From Nemertoderma westbladi (Eukaryota > Animalia > Xenacoelomorpha): DNA of 64,000 nucleotides. The translations under genes and the position numbers were made by a program. Shown here one piece after another: positions 37,439 through 49,343 of the stretch (its first letter is position 1; each line of letters opens with the position of its first letter). The stretch spans positions 1-64,000 of the forward strand of contig JAUCBJ010000564.1 of the NCBI GenBank assembly GCA_032718475.1, in the 5' to 3' direction. Below the pieces are notes generated by a model, which searched no databases, was not told the DNA's origin, and worked only from the letters and a program-made list of their open reading frames with translations.

Positions 37439-38932
37439 ATAATAATAATAATAATAATAATTTCTTTATTGATCCTTAAAACCAGAGAATTTATGATAAA
37501 AAATTGCACTGGGCATTCAATGTATACACACTAAATGATTATTTGGAACAATAGCGTCAGTGTACAGGAGCAACTATGTTACTCCTATGTATGTAATACC
37601 GGAAATAAGACATGTGTAAGTACAGTAGATATAATAAATAAATAAAAAAAAATTTAGTTGAGCACAAATATTACTACCCCCCCCCCCCACCCCCGCTGAA
37701 CCATGCAGAAACCTTGGTTTCGTTATGGAGCAGTTACCCCCCCCCCCCCCCCCCCCCCCCCCTTCTGGCAGACAATAAAGAGCCTCCAGCTAAGTTACTT
37801 CTTCTCGACTGTGTTTACTTAGAAATATATTTTTCAAATGTCGTTTAAAAGTTGCAAGGTTTGGTGACTTGATTACATCGATATGGAGCGAATTCCATAA
37901 TTTTACCGATTTCACAATTATACTATCGTGACCAAACCTATTTTTAGATTTTGGAATAACGATATTCCCAGTTCGTGGATTTAACCTAATATTGTTTTTT
38001 GCTAAAAACGGCAGATCCAAAGTTTTAAAAGCTTCTGTAAGCTTATGCATATATTTGTAAAAGTATATAAGCGCATAATATTCTCGAACTGCAGAGAGTA
38101 ACGGAATTTCGCCTTTCTGCCTCAACTCCGTTCCACTGCTGTCGGTAATTTTCTTCCCGAAAATAGTGCGTAATGCGTAATTTTGTACCTTTTCAAATTT
38201 ATAAAGCAGTTCCTTTGAACCATGTTTGTCATGGAGAGACACAAGCAGCTGACAACAATAATTATGATAGGGCATAGTAAGCGTTTTATATAATTGCAAT
38301 TTAGTTTTATTGGGCAATTGACCCTTTATTATTCGTAAACAAGAAATGGTAAGAGTCATTTTTTGGATCATTTTCCCTATGTAATCTTTCCAATTTAGCT
38401 CGTTATCAATGTTCACTCCCAGATATTTTACTGATGGAGATTGTGGAATAGGTTCAGGGCAGCCTACATTTAATTTTATGGATGAGAAGTCAGCTCTATT
38501 TTCTGGGCTGATTTGCTTCGGAGATAAAAGGAGAAATTCCGTTTTGTCTGGGTTCAGTTTCAAATGAGAATCATTAAATATTTTTTGAATTTTCTGAACA
38601 TTCGACTCTAACAATTTTGTAGCTTGTTCTGGATCTGAGTCAGCCACATAAATAACTGTATCATCAGCATACTGTATAATTGAAACATTTGTCAGTTGTT
38701 CTGGAATGTTATTGGTATATAGCATGAATAATAGAGGCCCTAAAATGGTACCTTGGGGAACGCCCCTTGTTTCAGTTAGCCAATCAGAAAAAGTATTTTC
38801 TACTTTAACACGTTGCTTCCTTTTCAATAGGTAATTTTGTATGAGGTTCAGTGCAGTCGAGTGGAAACCTAAATGTTTGAGTCTGTGATTCAAAATGTCA
38901 TGATTTATAGAGTTGAAAGCTTTGCTTAGGTC
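37439..38932 (-). mobile_element. 5'-truncated L2/CR1-group non-LTR element (RT C-terminal half, 3' UTR, (ATT)n tail)
   Basis: DLSKAFNSINH, GVPQGTILGPLLF, YADD, LNPDKT, KYLGV (ORF 37790-38893). Minus strand ends AATAAAGAA(ATT)n at 37470-37439. Confidence 0.9.
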
Positions 38933-40941
38933 TTTTGTCGATAAGCCGGCACAGCATTCTTAAAAATGCAGCTGCAATGCAGCATGCCGATCCTAGATTC
39001 GTATTAGTAGATTTGTAGGCTGTAGGGTAGTCCCTACCGTAGAGGGCACATCAGTGAGGTATATATTATACAAATTAGTGTATAGTATTGATCCCAACCG
39101 TGAGGTCTCTCACATACTGTTAGCTATTGTAAGTAGGAGATATTTAAAAATTTAAGGTTAGTAAAATTTAGTAATTTGTAGAACATCCCCTGCTTCAGTA
39201 GGCCTTTAGGGTAGCTAGTAGTTTCGTATTTAATATTTGACTAGCTAATAGTTAGTTTGTAGCATTTGTTTTACGCCGTGTGTGTGCGGTGTTACTTTCG
39301 GTACTTGAAAAGGTACATAGGGTTTAAAGACCAAGTTGTATCGGTACCTAGGAAGATTTTTCGTAGCGTAGAAGTAAAACTCTCACCTTCAACTTTTCAG
39401 GACTCAAGGACTCATTTCTGGACCGCTTCGAGGATTAGACCGCTTTTCGCAATGTTTGGGAGACAAAAAATTCGTCCGTGCTGCCAAAAACGGAACGACC
39501 CACGTCCGGTTTGTATTTGGGAATTTGCACGACTGGAAGATCAAAGGAGCGTAAGTTTTACGACTCGCGTCATTCAAACTTAAGAAAGCACAGTAGTACT
39601 CAAAATTTGTGGGTTTCACTGTCTATTAGTAGTGTTGTTGGTACTTATTTTCCCGTTAGACGTTGCTGTTTTGCCTATTATTTGTACTTGTTGATCTACA
39701 TTTTGGAAACGTATACCGTTATCTCATTTATTCATACAAATTTAGCCGGTAGGCTAGATTATTACTTATTTTATTATATACTTTGTTAGTTTATTTGTAC
39801 CGGTTAGGGTATATATATGATATATATATATATCAAGGTAAGTTTGACATTTGGACATTTCGACATTTTGACATTTCGACATTCTGACTTTGTTGATTTA
39901 TTTGTACCGGTTAGGGTATATATATACTATATACCAAGGTAAGTTTGACATTTCAACATTCAGATACTTTGACATTTTATTACCCGTACTTGACGTATAT
40001 AATAAGACATGAGTGACACACCACATTCGACTCGATACCCCCCTACCGACTATGACTCGTGCGACCCGGACAGATCGACAGTAGACGAACCAAGAAGGAG
40101 AACCCGAGATTCTACCGATGTCACACCACGTGCATCGCCGGTACGTCGCAACATACGCCGCAACGTGTGGCGACGGCAGAATCGAAGATTTTCTTACCGT
40201 CCCGCAGACTAGATCGCGGGAACTGGACATGGTAAGTTCGACTGGAAGCCAGGAGAACGTTATTAGGAGTATAGGAGGACACATGGCCCAGATTACTCGA
40301 AACTTCGGAGAAGGTTTTCGCCTTTTACGCGAGTTAACCGCCCCGATGTTGAGATACGAGTTCTACGCCTTACAGGTAAGGATAGAAAGTAGGGTACATG
40401 CTTCCATAGATAAACTTAAAGGTTTACACGAACTTGCAGAGTTGCGTGGCAACAACTTTTCTCAGGTAAAGATAATCGATAAGTTGGTAAGTGCGAGGGA
40501 AAGCCTCATTCAGTTTAAGTCGGTTGTAGGATCGACTCAGCAAGAAAAACTCTACCAACTGTTAGGTGAGTCAGTTTCAGACGCGTTGTTACAACCCGAA
40601 GAGGAAGAAGAACTATACTGCCTGGATGGGAGGTTAGGGACGCTCACCAATTTTCTTCGTAGATGCAGAGTACCGATCGAAGAACCGAAAGTTGTACCGA
40701 GAGGGACGACGGAAGTTCTATCTACGGAAGGCTCGCGAGCCTACCAAATTCCACCACTGGATAGATCGTTCGTTAGTGTACAGAGCGACGTTGGCGACGT
40801 TGGCGACGTTAGTAGAACAGCGTCTGGAATTACTCGACAACAACAGGAGGTCGCACGCCGACAACAAGTCGTCGAGGAAGAAGCGCAACGGCAGATGGCG
40901 CAGATCGCCATCGAAGGAGAAGGACAGCGCAGAGATATTGT

Positions 40942-43900
40942 TGTGAATACAACAATAAGCACTCTTATACTTATATCATAGTATTATAATAGACTATATT
41001 ATCATGTAGTAATACACAGATACACTGACTGAGCAGACATCCTGTCAGTCGTAGTAACACTCACAGTACTGCAGTACCGGTAAGCTTCCTTCCCTACTCC
41101 TAGGCCTAAGTCAGTACACTGGTATATATTTAGTTAATCAGAGTCAGTCATATACAGTAGTAACAATCTCCCCCTAACTAGAACAATAGTAAACATATAT
41201 TAGACAAATATGATAATGAGAGTAAAGAGTTTATTATCAAATAATGATTAAATATATACAACAGTATGAATGATAATGATCTCCAATCTCCCCCCTTCAA
41301 GTTTCAATAGTGTTAATAGTTAGATGTTGAAAAGTTCTAGATTAAGATCATCCTAGCCATGAAGACTGAGGAAGCATACCCGAACGCAAAACATCTCTCA
41401 ATAGATATTTTGATGCTCCCTTTTTTGTGAGCGAGTCAGCTAGTTGCGCCTTTCCATCCGTCCAATTGATGTAGAGTTCTTTACGTTCCACTTTCTGACG
41501 TAGGAATGCTATATCGATTCGCAATCCTCTCTCCTGTATAGCATTGGTTGTTCGAACGGTCGAATAGAGACTTTTGTTGTCGATTATACAACATAATGGA
41601 AGTCGAATTCCATGGATATCTTGGATAATCGCTCGAATTTCTTCCCCTGCATCGATCCCTTCAACCAAAGCGAGTGTCTCCGCAGTTCTGCAGCAAGTGT
41701 ACTTCTCACTACTCTACGGAGCTTTCTACTTTGCCACGTCAGTGGAACACATGTCCCTTTATCATTGACAAGGAAGAGTATAAATGCTCCTTGCGATGAA
41801 CCATCTGATAAGTTTGCATGTGAGGCATCAGTGAATAGTTGAAGATGACATTGTTCAACATTCCCCATGTCTGGAAAAATAAGATCCAGTTTTTCGTATT
41901 TCAACTCCTTGATAATCTTATTCGCATAACGAATGTCACCAACAGTAGCATTTTTTATGCAGACACTAATCATACATGTATCATATGATACATCAGGTCT
42001 CGTATGTGTTGCTAGCCACAATAATTTCCCTAAAATCCCCTTCAATTCTCTCTTCTCAGATTCGGATATTGTTTCTTCTGCATAACCTTTGGGTACTGGC
42101 ATTTCTTTCAGTAATTCTACAAAGTTTCTTTGTCCCACTTTAACACAATCAGCTGTTTGCTCTATATCAAGTCCAAGATATCTGAACTTTACCTCTTCTT
42201 GATGACTTAGCTTGAATATACTGTGAATCCCATTAATAACCTTTCGCTCAAACTCCAAAGTTCCTCCATACATTACATCATCTACATGCACCACAACTAT
42301 CCCTGTGATCGTATTATTCTCCCTATATAAGAAAAATGCCGGATCAAATTGTGATACAGTCATGCCATGACAACCTAATTCACCCTTCAGACGTTCATAC
42401 CACATCCTTGGAGCATCACCCAACCCATATACACATTTGTTTAATTTCCATAGTTTGCCTTTATCAAATTCTTTTGGTGGAACAATGTATACCTCTCGTG
42501 ATATGGGATCCCCTTGAAGGAATGCTGCGCTGACATCAAAAGACTTCAATTTCCATCTATTACTCATTACAGTCACTAATGCCAACCTCAAACTTTCCTT
42601 GCTGCATGTAGGAGAATCACACCGAATATCTGCTGTTTCTTCAAAACCTCTGGCACACAACCTTGCCTTAATTGATTTCTTTCCTTTTATGTCCTTCTCT
42701 GTAATAACCCATTTCACCGAAATGCATTCCTGTCCAATATCTTCTACCTCTGAAAACACTCCATTTATTTTCCAATTATCAATTTCTTTTTCTTTGGCTC
42801 TTATCAACTCTAATTCAGTATAACAGTGACTAAATTCACCAGATAGAGTTTCTCTTGTACCACATTTTCGCTTCACTCCTTCAAGATACATGACATCATT
42901 CTCACCAACACATCCTTCGTCATTATCTGCTATATCAGTACTTCCTCCTTGATTGTCATCTACTTTGACTACTTCTTTTGTTTTCCAACTGCTTGCATAT
43001 TCGGTCCAATCCACGCACTTAGCAGACTGTTCACCATTCACTTTTATGTTGACATAATTTTTGTATTTCCCTGTCTGTTTTTGTTTACTTATAATATCAG
43101 CTTCCTTCCACTCATCATCTTTACGAGTCTTAACAAGTACCATTGTTCTATTTTTTGGCAATTCTGTGCTGTCTTTTAATGATCCTGTACCTTCTCGCTC
43201 TACCTCGGTACTCAAGTTCATATTACTCATATCATTTGTCACCCCATTGTCAATTGTCATTGTTTCAGAAATACTAAGATCATTTTGAACCACATTGTCG
43301 TTTGTTGTTGTCCTTATCACATTGTCGTTTTCCATTGTCACAGGGTCACTTGCACTTGTAACTTGTCTCAAATGACATGGATGCACCCTATAGTACTGAG
43401 ATTGGTTTTTTACTAATACTGTCTGGCCCTCTTGCCCCAAGACTTTTCCTGGCCCATGCCACCTGTTCTCCTTGCTGGTTTTATAAAATACTTTGTCTCC
43501 ATTTTCATAACGAACATCGTTACTTGTCCTCACCTGGTGTCTCAAAGCTTTACGTATCTTAGTGCTAGATTCAGCTTTAACATAGTTTTCACGTGCTTTA
43601 TGCATTGCATTGATGTTCTCTGCTATCAATTTGCTATATGACTTCCCTTCAAGTGCAGGTAGTTCATCCACTAATATGTTTGGGAACGTTGGATTTCTAC
43701 CAAATGCCAATTGGTTTGGGCTATACCCATGCACCATCTGCAGACAATTTTTTGCACTCAGCGCCCAATACAGCGCTGTTTCGAGGTCACACCCTGAATC
43801 CTCATATGTTTTCTCCAGTGTTTCTGCCAACACTGCATTGTGCCGCTCTACCACCCCATTTGAAAATGGCGATTCAGCAGATGACACTTGGATTTCAATA

Positions 43901-46125
43901 TTAAAGTTTTCACACATGTCTCTATAATGACTGTTGGCGAACTCACCCCCGTTATCCGACATGAATTTTCCTGGTGAACCAAAGCACCACAGCCACGTCT
44001 TATATAATCCTTTGATAACCTGTTCCTTGTGTTTTGACTGAATCAGACACGCCCCTGAAAATTTTGTCGCCAAATCTATCAAATGCAAAATATATACATT
44101 TGGTCGCAGCACCTTTAAATCCATTGCAACTACCTCATTGAAATCCTGAGCCCTTCTTAACCCAACAACTGGCCTCGGTTTTGGTTTTTTATAACGTTGA
44201 CACACTTCACATGTCGAACATACATTTTCAACACAATCTGAAATCCTTTTTTCCAATATACCTGCATCACTCAACAAGCTTTTAATTTTCACTGCATCTG
44301 CATGGGCAAACTGGCGATGCAGCTTGACAATATCCTTTCCTAGTTCTGACTCACTTTTCTCACTTAGGGCGGTTGCTTTAAAAATCAGATTTGGTTTACT
44401 GTGTGGAACATCTGATATGGCCCGTCTATAGTTATTTAATGGCAAACAATAATGCCCAGCGGGTGAGATATCCAACTGTAATTTTATGCCAAAAACTTCA
44501 ATAGTATTCTCCAAAAATTTAATAATAGCTCCTGTTTTCCTAAGCGATGTATTACTCAACAACAAAGGAATATCTGCATCAACAACATGGCAGTTAATAT
44601 ACACCTTTGTGTGTTTTAGAAATGCTGGAAACCGCACGCACAATAAAGCCGTTATGGGTTTGCCCACCCCAAACTTGAATGGTGTATAGCTCGGCTTAGA
44701 TTCCATTTCATTAATCAAGTCATTGTTAAGTGTCTCTTTATACCTGTCCAGCCAATTTCTGCCACAAACATTTTTTGTACACCCACTGTCAATCACTGCA
44801 CAGGAAAACGTTTCCTTTGTCAGATAACATTCTGATACATCCATATCACCATCTTGATTATCCGAACATCCAAAAAATGAGTAAAAAACATTATCACCAC
44901 TCTCTGTACCTAACCCTCTGTCAGCATCAGCACTACTGGTAAGCCCATCAGCAACATTGGCACAATAAGCCGTACTTCTCTCTGTACAATCAGCTGCATA
45001 ATGCGTTGTACTGTTACAGACAAAACACTGAGTAACATTGCCCCTAAAGTCCATCCGATTTCGCGGATACCTTTGATTACCAGTAGATCCGCCACTGGCT
45101 GCACCCCTATTACTGGCTCCAATCATACTCCTACCTTGACTTTGACCTCTGTATCCACTGTAATATCCCCGTTGAGACCTTCCTCTGTCCCCCGAGTAAC
45201 CCCTATTGTTACCCCTACTATATGGGTACCTGCCTCTACCATAGCTTTGGTAATTAAAGAGTGCCTCTTCACTCCCATCCTCTGTTTTTACTCTTACAGC
45301 TTGTTCATTCTCCACTCGTTCTATCACGCTAAGCCTATCACTATCATTTTTTTGCATCAATGTAACATCAAATATTCTCAGCAATGTATCAGACATACCT
45401 TCATAATTAATCTCTGCGGTAGTAGCCAGTGCCAAATCCCGCTTTTCTGACGTCACATTTGCACTTTTTAGCAAACGGTAGGCTAATACTGGCTCCGGAA
45501 GTACAATCTTGTACTTTTTCATTTTTTCCACTAACCTGTCAAAGTCCACAACAAAATCCTTCATAGATATCTCCCGTTTTCTCACCAAATCTTCAAACTC
45601 CGCATATGTCTGGTAGGCCGCCTGAGAATCCTTTTTTAAATATATCTTATCCAGTTTATCAATGATATTCTGTAATCCCTCTGGCTGCTTCAGTACATCG
45701 ACACCAAGTTTACCTGCCACATCTCTGGGTTTCCCCTGAAGCTCTAAATAAACAGCCATGCCATGCTTCTGTTTCACCAGGTTCGTTAGTTCAGCCCAGA
45801 CCTGAATATCCAACTTCCATCTCTCATAATCATCATTCTCCTTGAACGCTGGTGGCGATTTCCATGACGTTACCGGTGGTGCTGCCATCGCTCTGCTACC
45901 ATGTGAATACAACAATAAGCACTCTTATACTTATATCATAGTATTATAATAGACTATATTATCATGTAGTAATACACAGATACACTGACTGAGCAGACAT
46001 CCTGTCAGTCGTAGTAACACTCACAGTACTGCAGTACCAGTAAGCTTCCTTCCCTACTCCTAGGCCTAAGTCAGTACACTGGTATATATTTAGTTAATCA
46101 GAGTCAGTCATATACAGTAGTAACA
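40942..46125 (-). mobile_element. Ty1/Copia element, GalEa-like, recent
   Basis: 224-bp LTRs 40942-41165 and 45902-46125, one mismatch seen. PBS TGGTAGCAGAG (initiator tRNA-Met) at 45901-45891. PPT AGGGGGAGAT at 41175-41166. Confidence 0.95.
41348..45888 (-). CDS. Copia gag-pol polyprotein (Zn knuckle, protease, integrase, RT, RNase H) with one frameshift in RNase H
   Basis: ATG at 45888 just after the PBS; CFVCNSTTHYAADC, IDSGC, H..H..C..C, VAMDL, SDNGGEF, NGVVER, KARLCARGFEE, YGLGDAPRMW, HVDD, FTDAS. Frame changes at STLAAE (~41690) into ORF 41348-41668. Confidence 0.93.
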
Positions 46126-47269
46126 AGTTCGACTGGAAGCCAGGAGAACGTTATTAGGAGTATAGGAGGACACATGGCCCAGATTACTCGAAACTTCGGA
46201 GAAGGTTTTCGCCTTTTACGCGAGTTAACCGCCCCGATGTCGAGATACGAGTTCTACGCCTTACAGGTAAGGATAGAAAGTAGGGTACATGCTTCCATAG
46301 ATAAACTTAAAGGTTTACACGAACTTGCAGAGTTGCGTGGCAACAACTTTTCTCAGGTAAAGATAATCGATAAGTTGGTAAGTGCGAGGGAAAGCCTCAT
46401 TCAGTTTAAGTCGGTTGTAGGATCGACTCAGCAAGAAAAACTCGACCAACTGTTAGGTGAGTCAGTTTCGGACGCGTTGTTACAACCCGAAGAGGAAGAA
46501 GAACTATACTGCCTGGACGGGAGGTTAGGGACGCTCACCAATTTTCTTCGTAGATGCAGAGTACCGATCGAAGAACCGAAAGTTGTACCGAGAGGGACGA
46601 CGGAAGTTCTATCTACGGAAGGCTCGCGAGCCTACCAAATTCCACCACTGGATAGATCGTTCGTTAGTGTACAGAGCGACGTTGGCGACGTTAGTAGAAC
46701 AGCGTCTGGAATTACTCGACAACAACAGGAGGTCGCACGCCGACAACAAGTCGTCGAGGAAGAAGCGCAACGGCAGATGGCGCAGATCGCCATCTGGAGA
46801 AAGGAGAAAGACAGCGCAGAGAGGATGTAGCGAAACTTGCGAAACTTCAAGCGCAGGCTGAGTTCGAAGCATCAGAGATGCGGAGACTGGAGGAGGACTT
46901 AGCGCGAGAAGCGGCCGTGGCGGCAGCAGCCGACGAGTTAGCACGACAGGCGGCAGCTGACGAGCTAGCACGACAGGCAGCGGCGGCAGCAGCCAACGAG
47001 CTAGCATGACAGGCAGCGGCTGACGAGCTAGCACGAGTTGCGGCGGTAAACGCAGCTGAGTTAGCACGGAAGAAAGCAGCATCCGACGCTCGTGCCAAGT
47101 TCGAGGTGCGACAAATAAACGCTCGTTTAGCTATACAGGAAGCGGAGTTAGCGGTACAACAAAAGGAAGCAGATCAACGCGAAATGGAGATGCAGCTCCA
47201 GTTCGAACTAAATCGCAGATCGCGCGAGGCGGCGAACGCGCAAGAGGACTGTACGCGCTTTTGAAGACC

Positions 47270-48400
47270 TTTAGCAGTTTAACCTGCCAAAATTTATATG
47301 TCTTTTGGTTTATAAATAGACTTTTAGTAAATGACAAGTATTTAATACCAATAAACACAACATTAGCCGAAGCCAGCCTAGTGCGCGTCCATTCACCCGC
47401 TGGATATACCCGGGAGACTGGATTCGGAGGGCTTAGATTTTATTATTGCAGTGAAGCCTACTGTATTATTCGATTGATCGTTAATAAATAATTTCTGACT
47501 AATATTATTCACTTTCGGGAAATATTAACAGTTCCTTTAGGACGTGGCGCTCTATCTAGGTAAACAGAGATATGACTTATACTAAACACAACGGTAAGGC
47601 TTATGTTTCACGTATAAGGCGCATTCTATAGGAAATGCTTTGTTATCAGCCACAATCATACACACTACTGGTACCGCACAATACTGCACACTTATCTGCC
47701 AACCGTCAATGAATTTGATCACACATAAAGAGAACAGCAATTGACTCATGTAGTGCCTATCAAATAGCATTAGGTTCACTACAAACCACGATAACATAAG
47801 TCGCAATTGTTATATGTATCCTGTCTCTCTAACCTGTAGTGTATCAAGAAAATTGGGAAATTTGGGTTCTTTATAGATGTTCTCCAAATAATAATATTCA
47901 ACCAACTGATACAAATAATAACAACAGTAAACAGCATTAAGACGGTAGATTAAGATATGATATGATTGTTTGGTTAGTTGATAATTATGGCGATAACAGT
48001 TATACGTTCTATAATCTACGCCTACTAATGTTTTACTAAAAGTCTGAAACGAATTGACTCTAGAGCCGGTGTTCTTGGCCTAGATAGAAACAACACAACA
48101 GTGACAAGAAAACAGTAAGACTGAACACTCCTAGCACGATCTGTAGAATATCTCCACATCGACAGTAAAAATCGCCCTGATTGGCTGTTAAGCTAAACAA
48201 AGAACCATGTGTCCAATGGCCGTTTCCATGCCAGCAACCAGCTGTTAGATGTCGTAATCTAAATCATCAAGGCTACACTGTGCTAGAGTATTTGACGCAT
48301 TGCGGGTTTTGTGCCTTGCCATGTCCGCCAAAGCACACATATAGAAGAATGACTTTTATGTCCGTTAAAACACCTACAACGGTACTTTGCAGGCAAGGGG
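47270..48400. other. AT-rich foreign segment interrupting element 1 gag; boundaries approximate
   Basis: Abrupt compositional change with no ORF; gag-like reading resumes TDYTRKSFYKDLELDARDR. Right edge GCAGGCAAGGGG looks like a DNA-transposon end but no partner TIR was found. Confidence 0.45.
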
Positions 48401-49343
48401 ACTGATTATACCCGCAAAAGCTTTTACAAGGACCTCGAACTCGACGCGAGAGATAGATCTATAAGGTCTCGAGCTGGACACGACTTGTCTGCCCTGGATC
48501 GCATGGAGACTCGATATCGCGGAATTCAGAAGCGAATCGAGGAAGGAAGTGTGGGAGCGATAGACCGAGGAGAAGAGTTCGTCGAGGATTACTGTAAACG
48601 TTTTCCCCAAGTTATTCCTATGCTCAAACCCACGACTCTAGTAAAACCGGTTATGGTTGCAAAACCGAAGGAAATATCACCCGTGCAAGGTAATAGGTTT
48701 GTTATGTTGGAATCAATTCCGCAGCCACGAGCGACTTCATCGCCGATTCTCGCAGGTAAGATAAGTAGTCCACCTACTGTAAGCCGTAGTTTACTTGTAG
48801 AGAGAGACGAACCTGCGTTTATGACAGTAAAACAGGTGAGTAAACCATTACAAGTTAAACCTGTGATGTGCTGCGCGAACCCAGTCATTTATAAACCTAC
48901 AGTAGAACTTAACTCCGATGTTTTTACTAGACCTCTCACCCAATGTTTATCGAGAGCTACGACTTCGTGGAAGGCTTGCGAGCCTGCCGAACAACGGAGA
49001 GCCGTAGATCCCAGACCACAACGAACTCGACCAAGAATAATACCATACCTAGACAACCAACACCATACCAGAAGGTGCCGAGATAAAAATCGACAAGGTT
49101 GTCAAGTCCAAAGCGAAAGCCAACGCCAAGGTCAAGAGGAAACAAGGACGGACGAAATCTGATGACCTGGACGCCAGACCTGACATTACGCCAGACGTCT
49201 CACCAGACACTCGACCAGATGCTTGTACGAATCTTTCACCGGATGTTCCGCGGGAGATTTCACCAGACGTTTCGCCGGATTGTTCACCAGATTACTCGCC
49301 AGACTATTCACTAGAAGCGACACCAGATTGTTCTCCGGATTGT

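Larger units (their letters stand above)
29923..38997 (+). mobile_element. 5'-truncated RTE copy (~460 bp) in three pieces: 29923-30022, 37146-37438, 38936-38997
   Basis: Joined translation: FPVLLYGSPCWALTAEDTKSLDGTFTRMLRRVH|CVKYNAHISNQTLYN...RLRFAGHCFRR...DRELWRCN|FVDKPAQHS*. Flanked by the 11-bp TSD TTCGTATTAGT. Confidence 0.85.
27809..39053 (+). repeat. 5' LTR of element 1 (27809-29922 plus 38998-39053), split by a 9.1-kb nested insertion
   Basis: Colinear with 53282-55472 apart from SNPs and a ~40-bp deletion near 27890. The interruption is bounded by the 11-bp duplication TTCGTATTAGT (29912-29922, 38998-39008). Confidence 0.93.
40009..49162 (+). pseudogene. Element 1 gag-like region, fragmented (40009-40941, 46126-47270, 48400-49162)
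   Basis: ORFs 40118-40981, 46174-46830 and 48485-49162, plus an Ala/Glu coiled-coil repeat (ADELARQAAA) at ~46900-47090. Assigned mainly by position between LTR and integrase. Confidence 0.55.

Noticed and set aside
37431-37470. (AAT)n as a shared tail of RTE and L2 joined tail to tail
   Set aside because: The RTE frame resumes at 38936 and AATAAA on the minus strand assigns the tail to the L2-type element.
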